Assembly: GCA_964016885.1 (NCBI GenBank)
Contig: OZ024741.1
Location: 312,480,001-312,544,000 of the forward strand
Direction of reading: 5' to 3'
Length of the DNA stretch: 64,000 bases
DNA from: Eledone cirrhosa
Lineage: Eukaryota
In this document: positions 1-17,444 of the stretch, one piece after another
Numbering within the stretch: position 1 is the stretch's first letter
Layout of the letters: every line of letters starts with the position of its first letter
Program-made: the position numbers and the translations under genes
The notes under the pieces: generated by a model
What the model saw: the letters and a program-made list of their open reading frames with translations, nothing else
Told to the model about the DNA's origin: nothing
Databases searched by the model: none

Positions 1-749
1 ATGTGTCTAAACATCTTGGCCACTTGGCAATACTGTTTGTCTTTGTTGATTTATTATTTTAAATCGATATGGGCAGACTGTAATATTATAATTAGTATAC
101 TTCATTCTAGCTAACTAAATTTTCTTTTACAATATAAATACAGATATGTTGGTATTTGTGTTTCATCATATATATTAATTTATATTTAAATGTTTTACAC
201 GGCTCAGAAATATTTCTTTCTTTGAGCTAATTTCATTGTAAAATAATTCATTACACTTAATATATAAATATATATACATAATATGGAAAACCAAGAATCA
301 GTGAAGCATCGGAACACAAGTTATTACGTATTACAATTGTTTCTCCGGCGAACAGCTTGCGGTGCGATCTGTTTGTGGATCGAACACCAGACTCTGGATT
401 CGCTAGTTCCTCAGATACGTCCAGTGATTTCGAAGCAAATCCTCTTTTTGCTGGACTCCGACTCTTCGAATTTCTGTCATCTGCCATCATCCTGTTTGCG
501 CTGCGCTCCGATTGGTTGATAGTTCGGGAGGTCATCTTTGTGTATGACCATTCAAATCTGCCCACTGACGTTTTCCATTCAGGCGTGAGCTATCAGTCAC
601 CCTCATCCCGTCGCCAGGAATTACTGCTATGTGTAGGTTAGGTGTTATGAACTCTCTTGCCCTTGCTTGGCTAGCCCGTCCCCCTCCACACATAGACCCG
701 CACCTATACAGATATTTTAAGCCATTAATCGCACACTTAACTGTGCGGA

Positions 750-1195
750 CACACACACACACACACATACACACACACACATACACACACACACACATAC
801 ACACACACATAGAGCTTGCATGTTTGCGTCCACACATGTACATATATATATTCACCTTTCATATATAGGTACATTCATACACATATATACGCACATACGT
901 ACACATAAGGGACCAGATGTATACATATATCTATCCTTACACAGCCACACATATATATATATATATATATATACACACAGACATATATTTACACATATGT
1001 ATATACATATACATGCATATACGCACCCATAGATACACACACGTACATATACACGCGCGTACCTATGCAGTCAATCATGCCTACTCATACACACACACTT
1101 AGATACATACATATATATATGTGCGTATGCACACGCACGCACACACTCATATATACACACATGTGTTTACATATACATACACACACACACAGTAT

Positions 1196-1246
<51 letters not shown>

Positions 1247-1300
1247 CACACGCACTGACACACAGACACCCACCCACACACACACATACTCATACATATG
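750..1300. repeat. Compound (CA)n/(TA)n microsatellite field, probably part of the 3' tail of the adjacent PLE
   Basis: Direct dinucleotide runs. Similar fields occur at 8.9-9.5k, 10.1-10.3k, 12.5-14.1k, 16.9-19.2k, 22.2-22.5k, 25.3-26.6k, 28.8-29.0k, 51.4-51.6k, 54.3-55.0k, 57.8-58.3k, 59.5k and 62.3-62.6k. Confidence 0.95.
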
Positions 1301-1955
1301 AAAATAAACTCTATAAAAATATTTGGAAAGTGCATAGAATCACGCATATGCTGCTGTACATTGGGTAGTGCACCAAGAAATATTACGTGAAGAAATACGT
1401 TAAAAAAAAAAAAAGTACATATGTGGAATACGTCAAAGAATGCATGCAACATCTCACATAGCGGTATATACGTATATGCAGACACACTTTGATGCACATA
1501 TTGACTGAGTTGGCATTATGGTGCTAACGTGAAATAATCCACGTACAGAAACCTTATAAACAAAATTACCTATGGGAAGCTCATAGGAACAATGCAAAGG
1601 GTATACCTAAAACATAAATAAAAGTATATAAAAATACACATGAGTTTGTACAGGAATAAAATACATAAAGTGTTACATAATGTCTTACATACGTAAGAAC
1701 ATACACACTCTACATAAAAGATATATATGCATGGAGTGCGCAAGAACAGTATGTAACGGAGTATGTTACTGTGGCTGAAAGTGAGTGCCTTAGTGAAGTG
1801 TGATACGGGATTGAGTATACCCATGGGAATGGAAACGCCGTGCCCTGGCTACTGCGACGGCGTTATTTAAGATAAGATACAGAGTCAAATGTGCACCATT
1901 GAGTGTGTCGACCTGCCCCATAGGGCATACATAGTCATCAAGGTATGGTGTCAGA

Positions 1956-3510
1956 TCACATAGAACCACGCCGCCACCACGATTGACGTCCGCTTCCCCG
2001 TATGGCTCTAGAACGGCCATCCGGATGTACCCATGCGGAGAATGTGCACCCTCGCTGGTGTCTACATGCCATGATGATCTCCGATTTCAGGTTTACTGCG
2101 ACATCCTTTAATCTCATTATCACCATGGACTCGGAGAGGCACATCCTGCACTTCCACTCGCCTGCCGAATATGCAATGACACGTTGAACGATACTCCATT
2201 TAAGATCATATGTGGTGCCGCTGTCCTTCAAGTCCCATATCAGGTCCGCGAGCTTAGTGGAGTGTCTCTTGCTCCGGTCCTTGAAAGAGTTCCTATGATT
2301 GTACATCATTGATTTAAAGGTCGTGGATGCTGCGCTGATGTAGGTGCGCTTGATGTTGTGCGTGTTAACCACACATTTGTAGACGATGCCCTTCGTTACG
2401 CATCTTTCCTGCAGGGGGCATTGTGTGTCCACTCGGCAGTTGCATGTTCAGGCTGTGTGCTGCTCATTCCATATGCGGGCTCCTGGCCTTCTTGCGGCGT
2501 TCTCCCGATTCTCTGGGCGCTGTACTGTCGGTGCGGTGGGCTCTTTTCTGTCGTTCAGTGCAACCTGGTAGTCGAGTACTGCGTCTTCCGCGGGTAGATG
2601 GGCCACAGTGCAGACTGAGCCATATTTGGTGACTCTGCCTCCATATGATTCTCCCGGTCCAACAGGATCGACCGTCCCCTGCCGTAGTTGGCGCTCTAAT
2701 TTCCTCAACTTCACCGCATTGGTTTGGGCCGTATAGTCTGCCCATTTAGGTGCGATGGCGAAGGAGAAGTTCACTGTGTGGCGGTTGAATACACTATGGT
2801 ACCTGTTCGACGGCCGGAAGCACTCGTCCATTGCTCTGAATAAGAGACCTGGTACGGTAGTGCTTACATGCTTCGAATACGGCGCGTTAAATCACGTAAT
2901 AGATCTAGACCTTGTCCTATTTCGTCGTCTGTGTGTAGTAGTGTGTACTGGGTCTTAATATAATGAAGGGGGTTAGAATGTTTATATACATAATACAAAC
3001 GTTCATCAGGTTTATGCTAAGGTTGGAAAGCGCGATTATTTAAGTCTTGTCTTACCTCTAAAATGTTAACTATTTTACCATTATTTTCAATAGTATCACT
3101 TAGATCATACACTTTAAAAATGTATGTATGTTTTCTTACTCTCTCTAAAGCAGAATTAGTGTAATTCTTAAAAGTTAATAGAGCGTCATCACGGTATAAT
3201 CTTCTGCTCATGGCAGGAAAATTAGCTTTTATTTTATCTGAGAGAAACAATCCAACTATATCACTCGCATGGGCCGAGTGACTGGATCGAAAGTGACAAC
3301 AAAGGTATTTGGGCAATCCTTTCTAAGCCATAACTCATCATTAATCTCTGTAATAGTTCATCTAGCTACCAAAATTGTTTCAATTGAACAAGTTTGTTCA
3401 ATTCAATTTCTGACACACGCATATATATATAAGTAATTTTAATGGAGGTGTCCAGTATTATTTTTGATAAGGTGTGAAAAAAAAGCTTAATGTGCACTAG
3501 AGGCCGACTA
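1956..3510 (-). pseudogene. Decayed Penelope-like retroelement (Naiad-like): RT fragment + Cys-rich linker + GIY-YIG endonuclease
   Basis: RT motifs 'SSHSAHASDIVGLF...LYRDD' (3017-3316); 'IT*FNAPYS...HSVFNRHTV'; 'TCNCRVDTQCPLQERC..GIVYKC..YIS...FKSMMYNH..LADLIWDLKD..WSIV..CRMCLSE..CRH'. In-frame stops at ~2449 and ~2893, and the thumb region is deleted. Confidence 0.85.
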
Positions 3511-3519
3511 TTTGTTGCA

Positions 3520-4800
3520 ATTCGAGACCAATCGACGGCACAGTGCAAACCATTTCCTATTCCAGTTGAACAATCTTTCTATATGAATAATGTGTCTAAC
3601 CACCCTAAATCTATCCTTATATGTATTGTTAACAACGTAACTAACCGAAATACTAGACTCCTTTCTTACAGCGCTGGCTTCGATCAGAGTGATGAACATC
3701 ATATACACCGCCAATCCCTCTACGATTAACTGAAACTCTATTAATATTTCGCATAGAATGACTTCATCTAAACCCAACTACGGCAATAATTGTAACCTAA
3801 ACTAAATAATCCTGCATTATTCAATAGGACAAGGATGTAAACTCGTGCCTATACGGATAATCATGAATCTAAAGATGGTGTAATATGGAATACCTATATT
3901 AATAGAACACCCGTCGTAGTACCATAGCAAAGAAATCATCGAGTATAACGACTATAACGAATGTAACAATGGATATATTAAGACAAAGGCTCAACAAATA
4001 TCCTATCCCAAATCAAATGTTTATCTCATTGATCAGAACATCAACAATTGTAGAATCTCTAAACATAAAATTATGAAATCTTTTACTGGTAACAACGGAA
4101 GGGTCCGTAATAAATCAAATGATAGCCACCATCTATAAGTACAATTTATCCTCCGCTTGGAAGTATAAAAACTACGCGCATGAGACCTGCTACATAGTTT
4201 AACCACTATTCAGTAAACACCTAGTCTCTAATACAAAAAAATATATATTTTAGTATCCTTTTGAAAAATTTCTCTCCGGCCCACCGTTACCATAGTCTGC
4301 TTTAAAATATACTACAAAAATATATTTCCTTACCACTCCTAATCTAGCTAACCCTTTAATATCTAGCAGTACTTTAAATCTAAAAGAATATAATACGAAT
4401 TCCCTAAATCGTAATAATCCAGTCAATGTAATTAAAATGAGACGCTCTGATCACCATAATGGTGATAAAGTTCACTCTCCTACTACGGTCTATCATCCGT
4501 AATCTAATTCTATTAGTAACTAAGTGACAAACAGATACCGTAACTTACCCATTTAACGGCATTTGTGTAACACAAACTATAGTGTATGAATGTACTATCT
4601 CTAAACCTATCAACAACAAAGTGTATACTGAAGCTACCTTAAATAGTATTAAGTTCCGATACTATATGCATTTTCACTCTATTAGGATGAAAAAAAGTGA
4701 GTAGTCCACATCATTAGCCCGTTACATATGGAGGTTAAATGCATACCACTATTGAATACTCTATTAACTGGAATATAATTAAAACCACTCAGTAAACTGG
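3520..4800 (+). pseudogene. Highly decayed Naiad-like PLE (thumb to GIY-YIG), head-to-head with the previous element
   Basis: 'CKPF..EQSFYMNNVSNHPKSIL..IVNNV..R' matches the PLE thumb. 4550-4790 reads 'PFNGICVTQTIVYEC...VYTEAT..IKFRYYMH...STSLARYIWRL', a GIY-YIG remnant. Confidence 0.65.
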
Positions 4801-7595
4801 CACGCAGCTAGACAACCATAGCCTGCGAATCGGCGTTTCCCTGAGCCTCGGCATCCGGATCTGCTAGCCCCGCCAATGTCGCTGCCGTTCAACCGTGGAC
4901 TCTTTCGGCCTCCACCCGCTTTCCTGTCGCCACAATGCCGGCCGCATTCCACGCCATACTGCCCTCAACGTGGTCATTAAGCGTGGTTTGGACGCCGCAG
5001 GCTTCCCTTCCCAGCTAGAGCCGGTGGGGCTGGATCGAGGGGACGGCAAAAACCAGATGGCATGACCATCTTCCCGTTCCGCGGTGGCAAACGCCTTCTC
5101 CATTCTGTCCGCCGGGGCTGTGGATGGGCCCCATCGCGTACCATTACATTAGTTAAATACCATTCTTTCACCCTTGAAGATATCTTCCCTCCTCCCTCCC
5201 ATTAATATTTAAATGTATATTTTTATTTCAGTTTTCTATGCTTGCACCTTGCCAATTGTTGCATTGCTTTAACATCACATTTGTAAGCGTCATGCTAAGG
5301 TTAATCTTCATTTTCTCCTATGTATTCCTCTCCTATAGACTTCTACTTGGATCATCAAGCACGTTTATAGCCAACTCTCATTCTTCATACACATTGCATA
5401 TCCATAAGCATAACCTTATCTCTTGTATTGTACAGCAAATTTGGCTTATAACATGTTTTTCTCTCATTTGTGGTCTATTGTTTAGGTACACACATTTAGA
5501 AGAGCCTATTCGAATGATTTCGTATAAGACTTTGCACAGTCTTGCATTTGATGCTTATATTTTCATGTATAATTTGTGCCTCACAGAAGCCTTTTGATTA
5601 TTAGTCTAACACACCTAACTTAAACAGAAATTCAGAGAGCCTCTCTACATAAAATGCTCACTCCTACTATCGCAAATATGAACATACGTAGCATACTATG
5701 TTCACTTAATAAACCCTTCCGCTTCATATAGTCTCAACCGCTTAAACATTACCTTTTCATAATGCTATATCGCTAAAACTGCACAATATGCGACAGTTCT
5801 AATTGTAATAAATAAATCTATTCAAAGTTCAATCCACATTTTAAACTGCTTTTTAACCTAGGTTTTCACTTTGTACTGTCATTAACTATCGTTATCTATC
5901 ATATTACATGAGACCTCATTATATATAATATTAAAACTAAACACCTATAACCGAATAAATAACTAAACAGATTCTTGTATGAAATGTAATATGAGATTGG
6001 CGAGCTGTGAACCACCTATCTGCACTATTTCCGGAACTAACCTCATATTATCTATCGTACTGTTAGCTGTTGTTATTACTGACATTGGAATATATAAAGA
6101 CATAGCTAAAGGCCTGCACTAGGGCGTATGACTATTGGTGTATGTCTTATAACTGATACTAACCACACTACGTACCTCGTATTAATACGTGTGCGTGTAA
6201 AGCTATCTTTTATTACTCCGTATATTCACGAGTATGTGCATTTGAAGATGTATAATCATGTGTATATGTATGTTCATGTATATGAATATATCCATCCGTA
6301 TGTGTTTTTAAAGCTATGGCTCTACTGATCGCCATAACAACGTATGATCTTATGGCAACCGGCTAGTGTTTTACACCTCCACCATGCTTGGTACGGTGTT
6401 AACTCAGAGTAACTTGTGTTTATTTATGACATGATGTAAGTAGACTTAAACATGATTAAGTTTAATATGTCATCTTAAATGTTCACTATATCTTGAAAAA
6501 GCCCACATTCACGCTCATAATACTAAAGGCTGCACTCTTCAAAATAATTAGTAATGCAATTTGCTATGCTAACGTAGTAACAACGGTGATAAATTTCAAT
6601 TTATTTATCCCATGGTGTTGCAATAAAAATGCAGTCCCTATCAAGGAGAAATGACTGACCAATAATGAACCTATATTTTGCAGGATTTCATGCTTAGTTT
6701 AATGCTTTCACATTTTAGAGTGCGGTGTTTGTTTTTTTGCTTGTCAAATTCTTCTCTCAGCCCACTTGTTAATGTCTAATACTGCTGATATACAAACAAA
6801 CAACTAATGCTCCCATTTATGGCTATGAGCCATAATAACATCAATTGTATAATAGCTAATGTGTGATTATGTATGTATATGACTGTGAATATAATTATGC
6901 CTTTGTGAGGGTATGTGTGGTTGAGTGTTTATATTTATATACTCATACATATGCACACCAATATAATATCTTGGTTATGTACGCTAGTTTCGGATACATT
7001 TTTCGCAAACACTTTCTAATAAAAGAATTAGTACATTATAATCTTGGTTACGTACACTTTTTATATATAAAATACTACATTTAACAGTTAATTTTTGTGA
7101 CACAGTGCCAGCTAGTTTCGCTATGTTTGCCACTTATCGGCTAACATGTGTTCTCTGTGTTCGTTTATGGCTTACTTATATTTTGCTACTTGTTGGGATA
7201 AATTAACTGTTTCTGTTCCACACCCGAAGAAATATATTCAAACTGTTTGGATGGGACCAACCATGTAAACTTGCATATCTGAAGAGGTGTCGATTAAGAG
7301 TCGAGATCTGATCGCCTGATCAAACACGAGCTGATCCATATTGAATCAGTTGCGATATGAAATAAAGTTTCATAACAAGTTAAAAATAAAGTTTCATAAC
7401 AAGCTCCGAATCTGACTTCCTATTGTCACGCTATATATATAATCTGCAATCAGACCTGCCTTAAACATGGAGCTCCACCTCACAAGAAAAGGACAGCGTA
7501 ACAGCAACGGGTTCTTCGGGTAGCGTCACCGCAAGTAACCATAAGTTAATTACATAATAACGTATATATATATGTATATATATATATATATATAT

Positions 7596-8085
7596 CATCA
7601 TCATCATCATCATAATCATCATTATTTTACATCCGCTTTTCCTTGCTTGCAAGGGCGGTAGGGTCCATTTCAGCACAGCATCTTTCCACTCGTCAAGGTC
7701 CTTCGTCATCTCTGTTAGTTTCAGCGCGATCTGGGATCAGCTCTGACTAACCCCGCCAATGTTTTTCGTGGTCTTAGTCTACTGAGTCTTCCTTCCAAAC
7801 ACTTTTTGGCACTTCTTCCCCCAGCAGTCATCTTCCATGCACATCAAATGTCCATACCAACGCAGTCTTCTCTTATACGCAGTTTCACTCTAAACTCGTC
7901 TATGCATAGACGTTCACGCACATTGACATTGCACATTCGTCGGAGAATGCTTGCTACATTTATCTCCAGTCGTCGCATATCCTCGGAAGTTGCTGCCCAT
8001 GTATCACTACCATGCAGAATCGCGCATCTCACACAGGCATCACATACCCGACCATTCGTTCGTAAAGAAATAAACTTCGTCTTAT
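7596..8085 (-). mobile_element. RTE-clade LINE 3' fragment with (GAT)n tail
   Basis: '[42 protein letters not shown]' is the typical RTE C-terminus. It is the same family as 49617-50295. Confidence 0.8.
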
Positions 8086-8156
8086 ATATGTATATACACA
8101 CACACAAATATATATATATATATATTTATATACACATGCATATATATATTGATCTT

Positions 8157-8200
<44 letters not shown>

Positions 8201-8269
8201 TATCTTTATATATACATACTTATATATATTAATATATAAGTACATATATATATATATATATGTATATAT

Positions 8270-8384
8270 ATAGGAACGAGTAGGACCCCGACGGCTGAGC
8301 TCAAACCGTTTCGACGGCTATTTCAGTCCGGAATTAGCCGTCGAAACGGCTTGAGCTCAGCCGTCGGGGTCCTACTGGTTCCTA
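8270..8384. repeat. GC-rich ~115-bp near-perfect palindrome (copy 1 of 3)
   Basis: taggaacgagtaggaccccgacggctgagctcaaaccgtttcgacggcta ... tagccgtcgaaacggcttgagctcagccgtcggggtcctactggttccta. Confidence 0.9.
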
Positions 8385-8461
8385 TTACCCTCTCTTCTAC
8401 CCTAAGTATTGAGTACTTTGGTGCGTTACGGTCCACCTGGTTCCTTACCATATTTCCTTCG

Positions 8462-8510
<49 letters not shown>

Positions 8511-8544
8511 AAAGAATAGAGGTGTAACGCACGAGTTGTGATAT

Positions 8545-8926
8545 ATTGGTAAAAGAAAAAGAAAATGCTGACAAATTGTTCCCAGTGAAAAATAGTTTAA
8601 TTAGGAATAAGTAAAAATTAGTAATAATTATGGGTTAGTATTCAGTTTTAGGTTTAAGTTCTAACCGGTTGCGCATTTCTAATGCTTTTCAGAAATAATT
8701 TTGAGATAGAGCGTCTGTGATGTTTGCTCTAATCAGATTACAGCAAACATCACGAGCGCTCTGTGTCAAAATTATTTTTGAATAGCATTAGAAATGCGCA
8801 ACCGAGAAAAGCTTAACACTAAATCTGAATACTAACCAATACTTATTACTAATTTTTATTATTTCTAATTAAACTATTTTTCACTGGGAACAATTTGTCA
8901 ACATTTTCTTTTCCTTTTACTAATAT
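8545..8926. repeat. Imperfect fold-back inverted repeat (~185-bp arms) of the pLTR family found downstream of the PLE at 19.2-21 kb
   Basis: Arms are reverse complements about a centre at ~8735. Shares 'agaaatgcgcaacc...gaatactaacc...ctaattaaac' with 21.6-22.2 kb. Confidence 0.85.
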
Positions 8927-8932
8927 ACATAT

Positions 8933-9033
<101 letters not shown>

Positions 9034-9089
9034 TTTACATATTTACATATACATATATATACATATACATATATATATATACATATATG

Positions 9090-9182
<93 letters not shown>

Positions 9183-9332
9183 AGAACAAAAGATGGTTAA
9201 AGGAGTTCCATGTATTTTATTACCATCTCTTGTTCTTATATATTATGTATACTCCAGTCCCACAAACCGTAGAGTGCTTCTTTTTTGATATCTGCATTGC
9301 TTTATTGTACTACAATAAAACTCACCTCCTAC

Positions 9333-10340
<1,008 letters not shown>

Positions 10341-10871
10341 ACGTTAGAATATGTGTAATAAGGCCAAGACAATGCAGATATGGACATAGAAAAAAGAATG
10401 CAATAGTGAGAGATATTGATGAGAATTCGTCTTTCACCTTGAATTTATTTAAATGTCATTAATTTTCGAGATAATATCACTTCTTCGGAGGGAAGTAAAA
10501 GTCTCAGACCAGCGTCTAAATTTCCAATGAAGCCATGCTGACCGGAAATAGTATAGAGTTCTAACTTTAATATCAAAGAATTAAAATTAGGTGGGTAAAG
10601 AGTAGTCTCCCTTTAAGAGGGGTTTGTTTATGTTTTTGTTGTGTTTTTTTAAATTTTATATGCGTGCCTGTATATGTGTGTGGGAGAAAGCATGAAGGTG
10701 TAGGTATGTGGGTGTTTGTGTGAGTGTGGGAAGATAGGTCTAATCGTAAAAGTGGGGGGTAGGTGTTATCTGGTGTTAGAACTGGTTTTGTGTGTGTATG
10801 TGTGAGAGAGAATAAGTGGAGGTGTGCGCGTGCGTGTGTGTGGGGTGTGTAAAGTGGGGCTAGAGGCCCTA

Positions 10872-12508
10872 TCAGGTTATAAATTGGGTGTTGAGCTCTA
10901 GTCTATTATTGATTAGTGGATGTGTTCTATCTATAATGAGTGCTTCCTTGATTCTAAGATTGCCGAGGTTTCTTTCCTTAGTTTCTATCCTAACTGTTAT
11001 GTTTTTATCAGTGTTTTTGCATTTAACTAGGTGTTTCTTAAATGAGGAAGCGTTAGTATTGAGGTGTTCTTTTATTGTTATGTGGAGTGGTCTGGTGGTG
11101 CTACCTACGTAGAAGTTGTTGCATTTGTCACACTCTAGTCTGTAAACTACGTAAGCCTGGTGGCATAGGTCTGTGTCGTTGATGGGGCAGTTGGCTAGTC
11201 TGCAGCAGTTGTCATGTCTGGTGGAGTGTCTCTTAGCTAGCCGTCCACGCAAAGAAGGACCCGAATGGGCCAGTTGAATATCCAGACCTTCTCGTCTGAT
11301 GGCTCTGCGGATGGCTGTTGTTATTTCTTCACTGAAGTGTGGGAGCTTCAGGAAGCAAGTGTTACTGCCTCGGGTGTGGTGTCCTCTCTTCTTTCTGGCA
11401 CGGTTTGTGGTGGATGTCGTGTATTCGTTCAGTTTGAGTACTTCCAGGAAATGTGTGGTGTGTGTGTCTCGGTCTCTGGCGTCGGTGCATTTGTTCTTGA
11501 TACATGCCAGTTCGTTCTTTATGTATCCGAACTTGGCACCGAGTGGGAGGGCCGATCTGAAATGTACGAACAGGTCCCTGCTGGCGGATTTTTTATAGAA
11601 GCAGGTGTGGATGTTGCCTTCCTCTGTTACCCTGAGTTGGAAGTCCAGCAGGGATAGGGATCCGGGGTCATCGGGGTGTTCTATGCTGAACTTTATACTG
11701 GCGTCCATGCTGGAGAATGTTGTGTATATTTTCTCTGCCTCCTCACGGGATGATGTAAGGATGAGTATGTCATCTACATATCGGGTGAAGAAGGCATGGG
11801 AATGGCAGGTGTTGAGGGCTCGGCATTCTAGCTGGTTCATGTAAGTGATGGCCAGCAGGCCAGAGAGGCTGGATCCCATGGGTAATCCTGTTGTCTGTCT
11901 GTATGTGTGGTGGTGGAAGGTGAAGTACGTGTTGTCTACTGTGAAGGACAAAAGTTGGTGTATGTCCGTCGGGTGGAGGCCGTAGCAGTGGATGTTCTCT
12001 GCGACCACGCAGTCCGTCAATAAATCGATAGCTGGGTGAGCGGGTACTATAGTGTAGAGGGAGACAACGTCGAGGCTAAAAGCGTATTTATTAAGTTTAA
12101 GTTGTTCTGGCTGGAGTTGGTGTAATCTACGTATAACTTCGTCGGAGCTACTGACATGTCCGGGGAAGGTGGAGAGTAGAGGCTTGAGGAGCTGGGAGAG
12201 AAGCCAGGGAATTGTGTATAGGGGTCCTTCTATGCTAGAGACGATGGGTCTTATATGCGTCTTAGTGCTATTCTTGTGGGTCTTGATGAGGTGGTAGAAA
12301 GTGGGCAGTCTGCTATTTCTAGTGGTGTAGTTGAGTTTAATTTTATTCGGGAGTTGTCTTCTCCTACAGATATCGAACCAAATGGAGTTGGTCTGTTTTT
12401 CGATTTGGGCTGCGGTCATGTCCGGGATCACTGTGTACAGTTCACTGTCGCTTAGGTGTTCGAAGGCTAGGTTATTGTATGTGGCTTGAGAGATGACGCA
12501 GAACTCTT

Positions 12509-12510
<2 letters not shown>
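10872..12510 (-). CDS. 5'-truncated but uninterrupted PLE ORF: reverse transcriptase + GIY-YIG endonuclease (possibly Nematis-like)
   Basis: Motifs 'FYHLIKTHK..RPIVS', 'SLDVVSLYT', 'GLPMGSSLS', 'RYVDD', 'LLDF', 'CRLANCP...C..AYVVYRLECDKCNNFYVGSTTRPL...EH' and 'EALII...P.IN'. The N-terminal 'MHIYIY' of the listed ORF is TA microsatellite. Confidence 0.93.
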
Positions 12511-12543
<33 letters not shown>

Positions 12544-12631
12544 ATATGCATGTATATAAACCCATATATATATATATTATATATATAAGGTTATGGCATT
12601 GTTAAATACGCCGGGTCCGTCAACTTATTAT

Positions 12632-12704
<73 letters not shown>

Positions 12705-12795
12705 TACATATATATATATACTTAAATATAAGTATGTACACGTATATACATATATGTATACAGACGTACAGTAGTATGTATATATATATATATAT

Positions 12796-12912
12796 ATAGG
12801 AACCAGTAAGAACCCGACGGCTGAGCTCAAGCCGTTTCGACGGCTAATTCTGGACTGAATTAGCCGTCGAAACGGCTTGAGCTCAGCCGTCGGGGTCTTA
12901 CTGGTTCCTATT
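12796..12912. repeat. GC-rich palindrome copy 3 (nearly perfect), with the same ~75-bp flank as copies 1 and 2
   Basis: taggaaccagtaagaacccgacggctgagctcaagccgtttcgacggctaattc-tggact-gaattagccgtcgaaacggcttgagctcagccgtcggggtcttactggttccta. Confidence 0.9.
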
Positions 12913-13148
12913 ACCCACTCTACTACCCTAAGTATTGAGTACATTGCTGCGTTATGGCCCACCTGGTTCCTTACCACATTTCCTTCGTTATAGATATATA
13001 TACATACATGCACACATATATATATGTACGTATGGATTCACCGAACATTTATTATAATGCTCGGTGTGTTTGTAAACAAACATCCCGAATTAAGCCGTAC
13101 AGTGTCTAGCAACCATCGTTGCTCATTTGTTCAACACTGATAAAGGAA

Positions 13149-13189
13149 CACTGTACTAGTTTCAAGCTTATTAGCTATCGTCAGCAACG
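13149..13189 (-). ncRNA. Minimal type I hammerhead ribozyme motif (family of the 52-53.5 kb array), within a fold-back copy at ~13010-13480
   Basis: Minus strand reads cgttg CTGACGA t-agct-aata-agct-t GAAA ctag TA cagtg. Confidence 0.75.
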
Positions 13190-13325
13190 TATACCTTCCT
13201 GAACAAATGAGCAACGTTGTTGCTAAACACTATACGGCTTAATTCGGGATGGTTGTTTACAAACACACCGAGCATTATAATAAATGTTCGGTGTATCCAT
13301 ACGTACATATATATATATGTGTGCA

Positions 13326-13376
<51 letters not shown>

Positions 13377-13490
13377 TACTGTACGTTTGTATACATATAT
13401 GTATGTACGTATACATACTTATATTTAATTAACAGCCGTACTAGGGGTGAGAAATGAAGTTGCGTTTCATTTTTTCCGTATATATATACT

Positions 13491-16485
<2,995 letters not shown>

Positions 16486-16905
16486 AGATACTTCTCCACG
16501 TGTTTTACTTTCTCTCTCTCCGTCTTTTTCTTTCTCTCCCTCTTTTTCTAATTATCCTTAACACTATGACTTATTAAAATAATATAAACAACTCACTATC
16601 CGGATGGCTTCCAAAAATAATGGTTGCATTTTAATAGGGTACGTCAAAGCTTGTTTGTAAAACTGTTATTTATTGTATTTTGACTGATGAAGGCATACCA
16701 TAATTTAATTTGGTATCCCTGAAATATGTATAATGAAATAAATATGGTTTTATAAATATAGTTTCCATTTATTAATATGGTATATCTACTCCAAATACTT
16801 GTCGAGTGCTTTATATCAGTTATAAAAATATTTACTTGTTGTATCCCAACAATTTTAAATAGAACTTTTGCATATATATACATATATATATATATATGTA
16901 TATAA

Positions 16906-16948
<43 letters not shown>

Positions 16949-17246
16949 TTTTTATTTTAATTATATCTCATATAAAATAATACAACTGGCATTCCACAAA
17001 ATACATATAGTTAGCACCCAAACACTAAATAGGGATTATACTAACGTATATCCTAATGTTTGTTGAGTGAGATGGTTACCAGTCTGAGTTTAGCTTAAAG
17101 CTTTCTCTGTTATTGTATTAAATATATATATATATGTATATATATATTTATATGTATATAATAATAAGTTAAAGGACCCGGCGTATTTAGCAATGCCAGG
17201 ACCGTATATATATATATACATATATACGTAGATATACATGCATATA

Positions 17247-17330
<84 letters not shown>

Positions 17331-17444
17331 TAAGAGGAATTCCAACTTTGTCTGATTTACTCGTTTTATTTACAATCCTTTAAAATATATATAATGGTAT
17401 TATAATGAAATAGTATGATAGAATATTAAATTCTAAGTGTTAAT

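Noticed and set aside
2448-2450. In-frame TGA just before the CNC motif as a selenocysteine codon (some Naiad PLEs encode selenoproteins)
   Set aside because: It is not at a conserved Cys position (HTA*TCNC) and is likely CGA>TGA. The same copy has TGA at a Trp position (~2893) and other damage, and the other Naiad-like copies use TGT/TGC.
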